Shown here piece after piece: positions 13,310-26,300 of a stretch of DNA of 64,000 nt. The stretch is from positions 1 through 64,000 of the forward strand of contig JBHGNT010000081.1 in assembly GCA_043228905.1 (NCBI GenBank). Reading direction: 5' to 3'. Position numbers and translations under genes: made by a program. This stretch comes from Azolla caroliniana. Taxonomy: Eukaryota; Plantae; Polypodiophyta. The notes below the pieces were generated by a model. It made no database searches. It was given only the letters and a program-made list of their open reading frames with translations, and was not told the DNA's origin. Position 1 is the stretch's first letter. Each line of letters opens with the position of its first letter.

Positions 13310-15079
13310 ACATTACACAAAGGGATTTATTGTTGGGTGTTTCACTCAACCAACATGCCAATAACCATCCACCCCATCATAAAATTAGGGGCTTGAGGTT
13401 TCATAGTATTCCAAATCAATGCATACCCCATCAAGCATAACCCAAGTTGGTCATGGGACATAGATGTTTACATACCCCATACGGTCATAACTTTTGGTCT
13501 TCAACATGCACATAGTCCCATCATGATTTTTGCGTGAATCTAGTTTCCTTCATCAATTCATTAGCTTGTTCTAGGGCCTTTGGCATTTGGATGTAGAACA
13601 TGATCATGAATGGAGTTAAAATTGAAGGGAAACCAACATGGACCTAAACAGTGAATGGATAATATTACTAGTTGAAACATAAAAGTTAAAAGCAAAGTAG
13701 AAATCTATGTCTAGATCTAGATATTAAAAGGATAAAAGTTAGAACTCAATAAAGGTGAAACTATGAACAACAAATAATATTGCCCTAATGTAACAAATGG
13801 TAAGGTCACTTGGCTGAGATCAATGCTTCCCACGTCTGTGTCAATCAAAGGTTAAAAAGTGAGGACATATCAAAACAATAACATAAGGATTACTAGGCGA
13901 AAATCTAAGGCTTGCCAACCCATTTCACATTAGGTTCATCAAAGATGTCGTGAAATAAAGCGTCCATGTGAAATGTGAGTTGGACCACCAAGGACTTGAA
14001 TTAGAGGTGATGAGAATGTCGAAGCATTGTTAGCTTTCACACTTGTTCTCCTTTGAGGAGTTAAATTGGCTCTCCTGCTAATACTCTCGTGTGAGTGTCC
14101 ACTTCAAGAGGTAAGGATGGGCAAATTGCCATGAGTAGGATTGCGACAATATTCTCCCCTATCAATGACTAGCAATAACAAGCCACTAGGAAGAGAGCAA
14201 TCCTAGTCTATGCCTTTTGTCACCATCTTGATGACCCATGAGATGAGACCTTGAATAATTCTCATCCTTCTTCTTCTATCTTCTTTTAAACAAACTAGAC
14301 TCCCACTATAATGCCACATTTGGAACTTGCAAAAGTGGTGCCTATAACATAAATATGCAACCCAATTGGAGGGTACTCTTCGAATAGATGTCTCTCTCGC
14401 TCTGAATCAATATTGTTAGAGAGACAAGAACACCTTGTATGATGTAGGTGCCTAACTAAACAAGTGTGCTAAATTCTTCATGGAATTCACCACCATTTAA
14501 TTTATCATGGTGAAGGTACATCATTTTGCCCCATGCTTGCTCAAGCTTCAAATGCATAGGGAACCCATCCTTATATAGGTTCTCTAAACTTTTGGACTTT
14601 TGTAACCCATTTAATGGTTTGACAAGTATCTTTACTTTTCTTACCAAATAGCAATCTCCATGCTTAATGCTTGATTCATCGATCCATGATGGACATTTAG
14701 TTTGGATTGCATTCATTGTTAAGTCTCATGCACCCTTATTTATTTTCACTTGCTTTTGCGAAGTCTCGCTAGGGTCATCCATGCAAGGGGCGCCATTTGT
14801 AAATTGTCATGGAATGTGCACTAACCCTTCTTCTTTAATAACATATTCCACATGATAGTCTATTCCCCGCTTCACATGCATGGCCATGTCGTATACATTC
14901 ATCCAAATTTCAAACGAACAATTTCCTCACCATAAGAGAAACTAATACGCGACATAAGTCATTACATGGATATAAGGATGATCGAGAAGAAGAGCTAAAG
15001 GTTCAAACCATAAAACAATTGGCATCATTATGGAACTTTTTTTTTTCCAAATAGGAATATACTCCATTAGTTAAAATGA

Positions 15080-15360
15080 CATACAACACACAACTTTAGT
15101 CATAGCCACCGTATATCCACTCCAATTTCTGCAGCCATCAGTGTAGTACACCATCGCATTCTGAAATTCAGCCTCATTAATTCTGAAGCATCATTTGTTC
15201 CATCAATATGCTCATATTGGGCCCTCAATGTAGTTATTAATGTGTGCCATATTAGTTTAATAGATTCTGCTGGAGGCCATTTGTTTGCTGAAAATACCCT
15301 CGTACATGTTGGGGTCCAGATGTTCCATATGAGAATGGGTGCAAGCAACATACATCATTA
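15080..15360 (-). mobile_element. L1-like LINE 3' fragment
   Basis: ILIWNIWTPTCTRVF...KLIWHTLITTLRAQY, same family as the 5919-6140 fragment. Confidence 0.55.
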
Positions 15361-16611
15361 CGGGACTATTCAAACAAGAGAATAAATAGAGAATCGAGAC
15401 CAATGAATTCCCCCTTGAATATGATATAGGTGATTGAGCAAGGACAATTAAGAAAATTAAGTAAAAAGTGATGATGATATAGGTGATTGAACAAGAATTA
15501 TTGCAAAAGTGGTCACCTATATGCATTGGAGAATACTCTTAAATACCCATTGAAGTATTTTTTGCCAATGAATACCAATTTTTTATTACTTGGTCACATC
15601 AACCACTTGCTATGGTTGACAAATATAATGATTTGATTCTAAACCCAAACATTTTAACGGTTAGAAAATTCCTATGGTTGAGACACATTATGTTTGATGT
15701 TAAACTCAAAGTTTTTGTTTAAAACTTAGTTAAATTATTGCTACGGTTAAGACATTATGGTCAATCCAAATCCAAACATTTTATTATAAAAAAATGTTTG
15801 TATGTCGTAGTGGCGCACCCATAATGTTTACTAATCTATCATATAATGATTATAAGAAAGAAAATTCGACCATTATGGCAGGATATTGCCATTATTAACT
15901 ACGGATAGTAGTATTGTAATGAGGTTGAATTATTTTCAACACAAGAGATTGAATGCGTTTGAATCCATCGTATTAACTTCACCTTCTACTCACAGTATGC
16001 CTTTTACAGTGGTGGCTTATAATTCAATTGCCATGTATTTAATGGCCAAGCCTTAAAGTTCATGCTTTCATGCGATCGTAACCTTGAAGAGAGACATCCA
16101 ACTTTTCATGGAAACTAGCCTAAAACATGTGATAAATATGGCGGCCATCCAACAATTTGCCCAACAAAACATGACTATTGGTGAAAACATCAGGAATAAT
16201 ATATTTGACTGCGCTTTTATGAATAAAAGTATGGTTGACATAGACAATGTTACTTTATATACTTAATTTGTGTAACACTCACTAGGATTTAGATTTTTAA
16301 TTCAAAATATTCTTTTTCCAATAAATGGAGAGGTTGCATAATTTTGACATATTCCTAGTTGCCATCTTGAAATGTATGTTATCATGGTTGACCTTGAAGT
16401 TGTAGGGGCCATTGTAACTAGAAATGAATAAGGTGTTAATCCTAGTGTGGTCTACAAATACATGAGGGTATGTTTCATGAAGCATTAAGATAAGATGTTA
16501 TTTTGTAGATATTAACAATGTAATCAATTAACCACTTGCAGAAAGTTTTAACATATTATAGAACTAATATTTATGGAACAATGCTACAAGATTTAGTAAA
16601 GCATAAAAGAG

Positions 16612-16792
16612 TCAAATCAAAATTATCATAAACTTAGGATGATAGTTCCCACCTTTATTTTCAATCAAGTACACAATCGAAATTATCATAAACTTAGGAT
16701 GATAGTTCCCACCTTTATTTTCAATCAAGTACACAATCGAAATTATCATAAACTTTGGACGATAGTTCCCACCTTTATTTTCAATCAAGTAC
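16612..16792. repeat. 60-bp tandem repeat, 3 copies
   Basis: AATTATCATAAACTTAGGATGATAGTTCCCACCTTTATTTTCAATCAAGTACACAATCGA at 16621, 16681 and 16741. Confidence 0.95.
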
Positions 16793-19700
16793 GCATACAT
16801 GTGCTAGGTATAGGCATGCTACATGGAGTTGAATGTGGGGAATTTATTATGAGTAGTTCCCACTTTCAATGAATTTTAATTAAGGGTAAAATAAAATCTT
16901 TGAGCATACTTGCAGGAGAGTTGCAAAACTTTGTCATAAGGTGGCAAGAATTAAACATCGTGGAAAAAAACATATGTATCTCTTCTATCTTTTAAGGCCA
17001 GAACCTTCAACTAAAAGGGCCACTTTTCAAGGATCAATTTCATTGTGCAATGATGTGTTTGTATTTCAGGTCTAGATACTTTCATATTGCAAAAGGGTTT
17101 TGGCTTGATTTTCCCAAAACAAATATACTCAAGAGTTGATGCATACACAATTGTCGCCGCAATGCATACAAGTTATGAGATTTATAATTTCCCTAAGATG
17201 AGGTGGAGTAAGATTATAATCTCTAAAAAGATTTGAGTGATTCCTACTACTAATCAAAAACCTCCAAAGATTATGAAAGCGCAATATTTAATATCATATT
17301 ATCCAAATTGAATGAGGTGAATGCTTGGGTCAAAATGGTCTTCCTTTGCCACAATCGCAAGATCGTAGAAAGTCCATGCATATCATTTTGAGACATTAGT
17401 CTTCTACTTGCTTGCTTGGGACAAGGCTTCTCTCTTCCTACTTCTTTCTTGATTGTGAGCGAACTATTTACCAATCAAGATAAAACAACATTATTTACAA
17501 AATTCCTTGCTCTTTTGAAGCACATCCAATAATACATTGTTGCAATCCTTTCATATATTCCTCTTTCATTGTCTACATCTTCTTTGATTGCTCTTCAAGT
17601 GGAACATTTGATTCTTGGTTTTCTTGTCTTAAGAAATGCTTGACTTGTAATTGGTGAAATAATTTCAAAACTTGCTTGATATCTCTGCATTGTTGATGAA
17701 GATTGCTCTTCTAGCATTGCCAATGTCCCCCATGCCATGAAAAACCATATAAACTTCATTTTTCTAAATTATTCAAAGGCATAAAAAAGTGTTAGCATTG
17801 CATCCATGTGTAGTTTTTGCATGAACAAACTTATATCTTCATTGCAAATAAGTACTCACTTGGGGTCTTTGGTAGCAAACTCACCTACAATCTACACCTA
17901 TACAAACAAAAAATGGTAAAAGGCCCATTCAACTAAAAAGAAAAAGTATGTTCTATCTTAGGTTTGGGAATAGCATTTTTCAAAGGCTTCTAAAACCCCT
18001 TGGAAAACATGGAGCATCTACTTTATAATATGGTAGCATCATGTAGCGCATACGGGATGAAAGGTAAAAATTTATGAAAAAAACAACCATGATCTTCATG
18101 AATTTTGTTTCTACATGAGGCATAACTAGATACAATAAACTCTATAGGATGGCTCCACAACCTAAATCCTGACTCCTGACACTCAAAGTAAAGAAAAAAT
18201 GCCCTCCTCGATGTGACATCTATTGGGATTAAGTTAGTCTTTGCATTCCTCAGAATCGAATTGATTGTCGTGCATGGTTATTATCAATGAAAACTCTAAA
18301 TTTTTTGCAAAATATGGGTTTAAATACTTGTATGGTGAAAAGCTGAATTCAAACATCTCATTGTGTTTTGAAGGTCTTTCATTGATCCTCCTCAACAAAC
18401 TCAATTTGACCAAGTACCCATTTGAAGACATACATTTCACAACCCGTAATTTCTTCCATAAGTGCAAAAGAAACCATGGTCCCTTCCTATACCCACATTA
18501 AGAAGCTTATAGTCAACATATACCCTCCATTGATTCTCTTGCTTTGTTAGTACCATGACCTATGAAACCAATCAAATTTTTCTATAGGATATAATTCTCC
18601 TACTTCTATGATAGGATTATAGAAAATGGAAGAACACCTCTTCAGGGAAAGTGTATGATGAACAAACCCTTACAAACACAAAGACCCACCCATTCATCTC
18701 GTTTTACACTAACCTATTCCCCAAGGTTGATCACTGCTCAAGTTTTGCAAATAACACCTCTATGTCCGGTTCAATATGCAATTTTGTATTCTCTATGCAT
18801 TAAATATAGTATGTGGGCGTCTCTATATATATGAGGGTTGTTGAATCAATGTTGCTACTAGTTGTCTTGAGCCGTCTAGAATGTTGTACCATGATGATTG
18901 CTAGTTGAATTATTATAATGTGTTGAGAGAGAGATTAATGTGGGAATAGTGGGACTATGATGTATGGTTGGCTTAGAATGTTGTCAACATGAGATTGCTA
19001 GTTGTGTTATGGTAAATTGTGGATAATATATATGAATTTGGGAATGTGCCATGTGGTTAGTGAGCCCGCTACCACTTGTATTGTGAGGATTATGGGAGAG
19101 ATTTGAGCCCATGTTGAGCAAGAGATTAATGTGGGCATAGTGGGAATGTGGCATGATGTTGTCATCACACTACCACTTGATTATGAGGATTGGGGGATAA
19201 AGCGGAGACCATGGTGAGGATCAAGCTTGGGTTCTCTCAATTTTGTGACTTGAATGAGGGACAGGGTGAGTGTTCATTTCGTGGAGTCATATCGTTGTGA
19301 TATCCATAGAGTTCTTGCAAATGAGAAAGGGATATTTAGTGTAATATTAATTGGGTTCTTATCCTCGATGGCCGACTAGATTAAATTGGCGTGCCTCTAA
19401 TAGGCAACAAGTTCTTGCCACTTCTGATGTGCCTGAAACATAATTGTCACAAACCTCGTCTTTGGTTAGTGGTTCATTGTTCAACTATCATAAATTCGAC
19501 TAATTGAACTCAAGCATCAACTAACCCCTTCCTCATATCAGCAACTTCTTCTTGCCATGACATTGCCACAAATCTAGTCTTTAGTCGTTGGAAACCTCCT
19601 TGGTCGCTAGTGAGAAGTAAATTGAACCACATGCACATGTGATGACAAAAGGTAAAGTGGTTGTAAATAAATGTAATTAATCTGCATCCGACACTACTTG

Positions 19701-20851
19701 AAACTATGTGATGTTTGAACAGGACCAATAACACACCATTGGCGACAAACGCAAAATAAAATGATGCCATGTAGTAGAGCTTATCTTTCTCCAAAGAAAG
19801 AGGAGAGTTCATGCCCAACTCATCAAAAAAATAATGTAAACATTGATTAAAGAGAGATTCACAAATTGAATAAAACGCCCAACATATATATCGTCTATAT
19901 ATTCAACTAATCATTGGTTGATGCATACAATGGTTGCCACAATACCACAATACATACGTGAAGAGGTTTATTAATCCAAGAATATGAGGTCTAGTATATA
20001 TTCAAGAAGTGGAGGCAATGTAGAATTACCAAATCTTATTGGGGGTCAAGGGATTGTTAGGAATACAAAACCTAAATAAATGACTAGAAAACGAGACCTG
20101 AATTTGGATACTCCAAGTTGATCAAGGTGATCACTTGGGTCCAAATCATCCTACACTCAAGTTTATCATATTACCCTTTGATAACTATTAATTTCAAACA
20201 CCACAACTTCCATAGATTCTCATGCTCTCAAAGAATTTACAACTACACTCCATGCTCTAAGAACACTCCAAATTTCTTCCTTTCAACAAAACTCCCCAAA
20301 AAACGTGACTGTGATGCCCTAACATTACAGGGGGTTAGATGCAGGGACATTGTCGCAATATCAGGATGACATTACCAACGCAGCAAGGGAGACATAACCG
20401 CATTGCTAGCTAGCACTTGTGCTTTTTACCTAGTGCGAAATGAATGAAGGCTCTGCTACATCCAAACTACTATGCCCTTGGACACAAGAGCGCTTATTGC
20501 TTAAGCCCCCCGGGACCTGTACATGATGAAGGCTTGTTTTCTTTTAATACTTAAATGGTCTTCATCTTATCTCGTATTTTCCTCAAGACTATCGCCTAGT
20601 GTGAAACCAAACCCTAAGTTTATATCAAAGTGATTAGCCCTACCCAACCCAAGAAAACATAGAGACACCCACACCCTCTTCTTATGCATTACACTAACCA
20701 TGAGGTATTACAAGAATGGTTACTTTTTATTTTATATAAAGTCTTGTAAGTCTATGTTTTTGAAGTTTCCTCTTGGTTTATAGAGTAGAGAGCATGGCCA
20801 TGGCAGCTTTAGTACTCAAGAATTGTATATGAAAACAGAGTATAGAATCAG

Positions 20852-21970
20852 TTATGGAGGAGATGAATGAACAATGGATATGGCGCCTGCACAGCTAGAA
20901 TTGTATGTTAGGTTACCTGCTGCTGCTGCAGCTGCTGCAGCGGCACTAGCTGGAGGAGGTGCGGCGGAGGAGATATTCATCAGGTGATGGTCAGAGTTCC
21001 TGGGGGAGAATGCCACACAGAGGAGGAGCAGAAGAATGGCGACAGGGAGGAGCATCAGCTCTGATGGCGGTGGAGGCAATGGAGGCAGGAGGAGGGGGAG
21101 CAGGAGGAGCGAAGCGGTTATGCCGCATAGCAGAAGCACAGAAGAGCAATACATCCTCAAGTAGAAATGAGTGTTTGATAGTAGGCGAAGGAGCAGCGTA
21201 CAACTGCACCACCACCACCATGAAGAAGAAGAAGACAGATATGGTTCACTGTGCGTATTTAGGGTTGGAGGATTAGTAATGCAACAGGGTGCTGAATTCA
21301 TTAATAGAGATGGCCCTGACCCCATGGTGATGAGCACATGACCGTGTGGATGATCTTCCTGCACTTCTCCCTGCGTAACCAGTGCCAGTGCCGCGGGTAG
21401 CGATGAATTGTTGTTGTAAGTAGACGAGGATGCAGTAGATGCTAGAAGCGATGGCGTGGAGGAAGAGGTGGAGGAAGGAGAAGGGGAAATTGGATCTGCA
21501 TCCGAAAATTCTGCCTCTGAGATTTCTGCCGCCACAAACTCTGATTCCTCCTTCAGATACTGTTGTTGGATGAGGATCTGTTGATTATTCATTGTCTGCA
21601 ATGCACTCTTGCAACTTGCGCTGCTGCTGCTGCTGCTGCTGTTACTGCTGCTTGAACTCAGATCTTCTGCCTGATTCAGGCGCTGGTCTTGATGAAGATC
21701 GGGCAGCAGTGGAGACCTGTCATCATCATCGCCATCGCCATCATCACCAATATCACAGTCATCCTCGTTATCTCTGTCATTTACACCTACATAATCCTCA
21801 TGCCGTCGATGCCCATGCTCAATCACATCTATGCGACTTGCCGTTGTATTCGTGTTGGTTTCATTGCTGTTGCTGCCATCGCTGCCTCCCCCACCACTGT
21901 GGTGGCAGCGGATTTTCCCGACCAGAACTCTAAGTTTAGCCAATTGCAGAGACGGACGGAATTCCACCAT
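20852..21970 (-). CDS. ARGOS/ARL/OSR family (organ size related) membrane protein with a long low-complexity N-terminus
   Basis: 372-aa single ORF. SVLLLCGITASLLLLPLLLPPLPPPPSELMLLPVAILLLLLCVAFSP is the TM-proline-TM OSR domain. CT-rich leader upstream at ~22440-22620. The true start codon is uncertain. Confidence 0.85.
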   Translation of the reverse strand: MVEFRPSLQLAKLRVLVGKIRCHHSGGGGSDGSNSNETNTNTTASRIDVIEHGHRRHEDYVGVNDRDNEDDCDIGDDGDGDDDDRSPLLPDLHQDQRLNQAEDLSSSSSNSSSSSSSASCKSALQTMNNQQILIQQQYLKEESEFVAAEISEAEFSDADPISPSPSSTSSSTPSLLASTASSSTYNNNSSLPAALALVTQGEVQEDHPHGHVLITMGSGPSLLMNSAPCCITNPPTLNTHSEPYLSSSSSWWWWCSCTLLLRLLSNTHFYLRMYCSSVLLLCGITASLLLLPLLLPPLPPPPSELMLLPVAILLLLLCVAFSPRNSDHHLMNISSAAPPPASAAAAAAAAAGNLTYNSSCAGAISIVHSSPP

Positions 21971-22584
21971 TTGACTGCTGTTTATTACGATTGCCAGACA
22001 GATTTATGAATCAACCTGCCGAACGCCAAATTCTAAGGTCATGGACACAACCATGGAAACCACTAATCAACCTAACCCTAATTATGCAGAAATCATCAGT
22101 TTCACGGATACATATATCTAAGCTTATTGTTCTAGCATAGAGGCGTTGGTGGCCCCGACTCCCCTTTGATCCACCCACTTGGATCAACCCTAAACTTAGC
22201 AAGCAGAAATCACCTTCATGGACAGCCGAAACCCTATCCCTAACTGCTGTGGAAGACAGAAGTAGAATTAAGAAGGAAACAGACGACGGCCCTGTGAATG
22301 ACACCTAACTCGGGACTTCCAAACAGTTATAAGATGAAAGGATCCTGAGATACATCAAGATTAGATCCCTAATCAGCAGCCGCAGCTTCTCCTCTTTCTC
22401 CTCCTCCTGCTTCTGTTCGCGCAGAAGACCTGAAAAAAGAGAAGCAGAGCCACTTGCAAGAAAAAGAGAGAGACAGAGACAGAGACACGTATACAGAGAC
22501 AGAGACAGAGAGACCGAGACCGACAGAGACAGAGAAAGCAAGAGCCCTTTTCCAAGATAAGCTGCTGCTAGCACTTCATAGTAG

Positions 22585-22624
<40 letters not shown>

Positions 22625-23062
22625 GGAGTCGATTTTGGGGGGCTTCCTTTCAAATATGTATGTATGCATAGGTCGTGGGTTCGATTCCAACAATGCCATC
22701 TTTAAGCTTTTACAATCCTTGGGTCAAGTCGTGGCCACGGACAATTTCTATTGTCACTTGCAAGCCATGTCCGACAACGTAGAATAATGACCGATTGGAA
22801 TCGAATCGAAACATTGCCACTCTGTGTGTGGAGATTTGATAAGTGAACCCTTTATATCCAAGGATTTGTTCTAGTTGTGCACGTTGTAGCGCGCTAGAGA
22901 ATGTCTTTCTTTTATTTTACATGTTTTTTCCATTGAGGGTCATTTCTCAAAGCTTAAGCAAGTACTCTACGATCCTCCTCGCACCCCATGTACCCCTCGA
23001 TGACACTCTTTATGTCCATGATCTCAATGGAACGATAATCCCAATAGGGAAGTAGGACCATA

Positions 23063-23065
<3 letters not shown>

Positions 23066-23109
<44 letters not shown>

Positions 23110-23228
23110 TGGTTGCAAGGATCAAACGTCGATATGATCCTTCAAGGAGTGCACTTTACACATGAAAATTTTAAACTCCAAATGCTAAAGTTCCCATTTA
23201 AACTAAGATTGTAAAGATGATAAGTGTA

Positions 23229-23274
<46 letters not shown>

Positions 23275-23396
23275 ATGGTTGCATGGATCAAAAGTCTGAT
23301 ACGATCCTTCAAGGAGTGCACTTTACACATGAAATTTTTAAACTCCAAATGCTTAAGTTCCCATATAAACTAAGATTGTAAAGATGATAAGTGTAA
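23066..23396. repeat. Direct duplication of (GA)n plus a ~125-bp unit
   Basis: GAATGGTTGCA..GATCCTTCAAGGAGTGCACTTTACACATGAAA..TAAAGATGATAAGTGTA occurs twice, each copy after a (GA)n tract. Confidence 0.9.
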
Positions 23397-26300
23397 TTTG
23401 ATGCATATATGAATCATGTTGGGGTTCCAAATAAAGCAAAGTTCCTATATATGTAGTTACTATTTAGCAAGGTTAGGCTTATCTAAATCTTCTACTATCC
23501 CCTTCTTCCTTGTGTTACACGACCCACTTTCTACCTTATCCAATGTATGAACCTTGCTAAGTTTAGAAATTTTGTTCTCAACTTGTAAGGATGTGAGCTC
23601 ATACGTCATCAAAAGCTTAGTACCCTTTAGCAATTTATCTTGTCAAAGAACTCATTTTGGTTTCATTATCGAGAGTGACATGCTTCTCTTGTGGTCGATA
23701 GAGCACGTGTGATCTAGATCAGTGAGATGAAGAATCTTATGAAGTGTCATTGTCATAATCTTTGAGTTCATGAGGTATTGTTCTTTTTCTTCTTTTATGG
23801 TATCTTCTTTCTATTTCAAACTTTCGTTATTCCACCTATTCGAACATATGTAACAATCTCTCCTTAGTTTCTTCCTTCCAAATATTTGAGATCATCTCTA
23901 CATTCATATATAGCTCATTTCTTCCTCGGCTTCAATGACCTCAACTTCGGTTGTATTGATTTACAATGGAATTTGTCTCCTTTTTAATGTTTACATGTAA
24001 ACAACCTTATCTTTAAGTTCACTTAGCTTCTCTTTTAAGTGTCCTCTTGTAATTTCTCAAACTCTAATGAGGAAAGCCGAGCACAAATTTTATAGGCTTT
24101 TTGTTTGTACATATGTTGAGAGCACGTAAAAAGGCTTTTTATGATGGGATCTAAGGTAAGTTAATATATATTAATGGCTGCAATAAAAATGGCTTATTCT
24201 CATTCATCATCCTTGGCATTTGTGTACTATGTTCCAAGCCTACCTCTTAACGGAGAGTGACAAAGACAAAGACAAAGAGAGCTTGGTGGAGAGCCACGTA
24301 TAGAACCTAAAATGTATGTGATACAAACCCTAAAACCACTATGTTAGTATTAAGTAACCCAAAAAATTGAGTGGTTAAACACATGAATGAATGGGCACTT
24401 ATCACAATGTGCACACTACATAGTACACACATGCTTCTACCACATTCATACACAAGTTTACCATAGGACTCCACACCAAACACATGCCATATATAGGCAT
24501 ATGAACACGTAAGTTCCAAGCTAAACCAACATGTAAGTCTCTAGCTTGATGTGTGTGCACAACCATGTGGTTTTCAATTTGTGATGTTTGTGCTTGAGAA
24601 TGTATTGTATTTTTGCAAAGTAGGCCATTCGATCATATTAGTTATCACAAAGTTAAAATAAAGAACTTGCATGCCCTAAATGAAAGTTGTAAAAGCAATA
24701 TAACAACCTCTCACATGGATAGATTATTGTTCCTTGGGGACAAAAGCATGACCTATTGGACCAATAGGGCATTACAAGTGATTCTATTCTGTATGTAGGG
24801 TGTGGTGACATGGACTTTTATTGGCTGAGCTTTATTTGCCTAAATGACAACCTTAGGACTATTCTCTTTAAATTTGGAAATGTCTTTTTAACTTTGCAAT
24901 ACTATGATTTGAATTAAATAGTAGAGTTGGACCGCAATTTTTGTTTTAACCTTTCTAGCCTATTTTTTGCTTTTCCTTTTGTAGAGAAAACAATCATACA
25001 AATAACACACATAGTGAAGCCACTAGAAAATATTTCCCCAAAGAAAGTTATATCCTCTCGTATAAGCAAGGATAATGTATCCATAACCTAGACCCTTATG
25101 TGAATCCTCAAGAACTTGAGTCATGTATGTTTGTATCTTCATAAAGGCATGATTTGACGGGGGAGATGAAATTGCGACTATTATCAACACAAGAAAGTTT
25201 AAATCAACCCATTCTCAGCATTTTTTGTGATAAAGAGATATGGAGAGGTTATGGTTAATTGTATTCAAGTAATCCACGCAATGTAGCAAGGAATTTGGTT
25301 TTGTTAGTCTTGGAATCATGATTGAGCAATAATGGTATTTGTCCCAAGAAAACGAAATAGGCAACCTTCAAAAGAGTTCATTATGGGTGATATTATTTAT
25401 ATTATTAGTAGAGGGGGTTATACTTTCGATTCAGATGATAAGAGAGCATTAATTAAATTGATGCTATCCTTCTTTGCCAGATCCATGCGTCTATCCTCTC
25501 GCATGAAAAAAAAGGCAACCTTACAAAAGTTACGTAGAATAATTCATGATGGTTGATATTTATTCATTTATTATTAGGGATCAGGGGGGTTATTATGCTT
25601 TAGAGCAGGATGATGATGGAGCATATTAAAAATGCGATGTAACACTCTGCCAAGTGTTTCCTCTAGTGAAGTAAGTTGGCACATAAGAGAGAAAGTTGAC
25701 AAATAGAATAGTTGGAACCAACAATACTGTGAACTATGTCATGTGGCTACACCCATCACCATAGGTTATTCAACCTTATTATTATTATTCTTTTACACAT
25801 AAACCCATTTTCTAGAAACTTTGAATATTGCTCTCATAATGTACATCCAATGATTATTCAAATCTTTTCCTTCATCCGTATCCAACATTTCATATAGAAG
25901 CATTATCTTTACACAAGCATATACCATTTTCAAGGTTAAGTCCAACAATTAGATAATTACATTCATAAATTATACCTCTCTAAGCTGAAAATGTCATCAG
26001 CATGGATACTCATTTTCTTATCGATATGACAATGGCATGTGTCAAAATAAGACATTATTGATTAGTATGTGTATATTACATAAAAGGATTTTCATGCCTC
26101 CAAACATGGCGGTGCCCCCTTGGCCTTGGATGTCCCTTTGACATGTTGAAATTGGACACAAGCATGTATTTTGAATCATAAGCTCCAAAATAGACTTTTG
26201 TATATTTGGTTTCCAGAAACGCTAGACTTGCAATTTCAATATACAATTCGAAAGCTAAATTGTGGACCATCAACCCTTCTACTGCATACTTTATTATAGG

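Noticed and set aside
12275-13440. ORFs with ERERER or LSLSLS runs (also near 22454, 35264, 51654, 53546)
   Set aside because: They are (GA)n microsatellite read-throughs, not proteins.
15800-19450. Possible decayed DNA transposon or gene remnant
   Set aside because: It has a coding-like texture on the minus strand, but I could not establish a diagnostic motif or termini by eye.
20959-22009. Plus-strand ORFs overlapping the ARGOS-like gene
   Set aside because: Antisense shadows of a GC-rich, triplet-repeat coding sequence.
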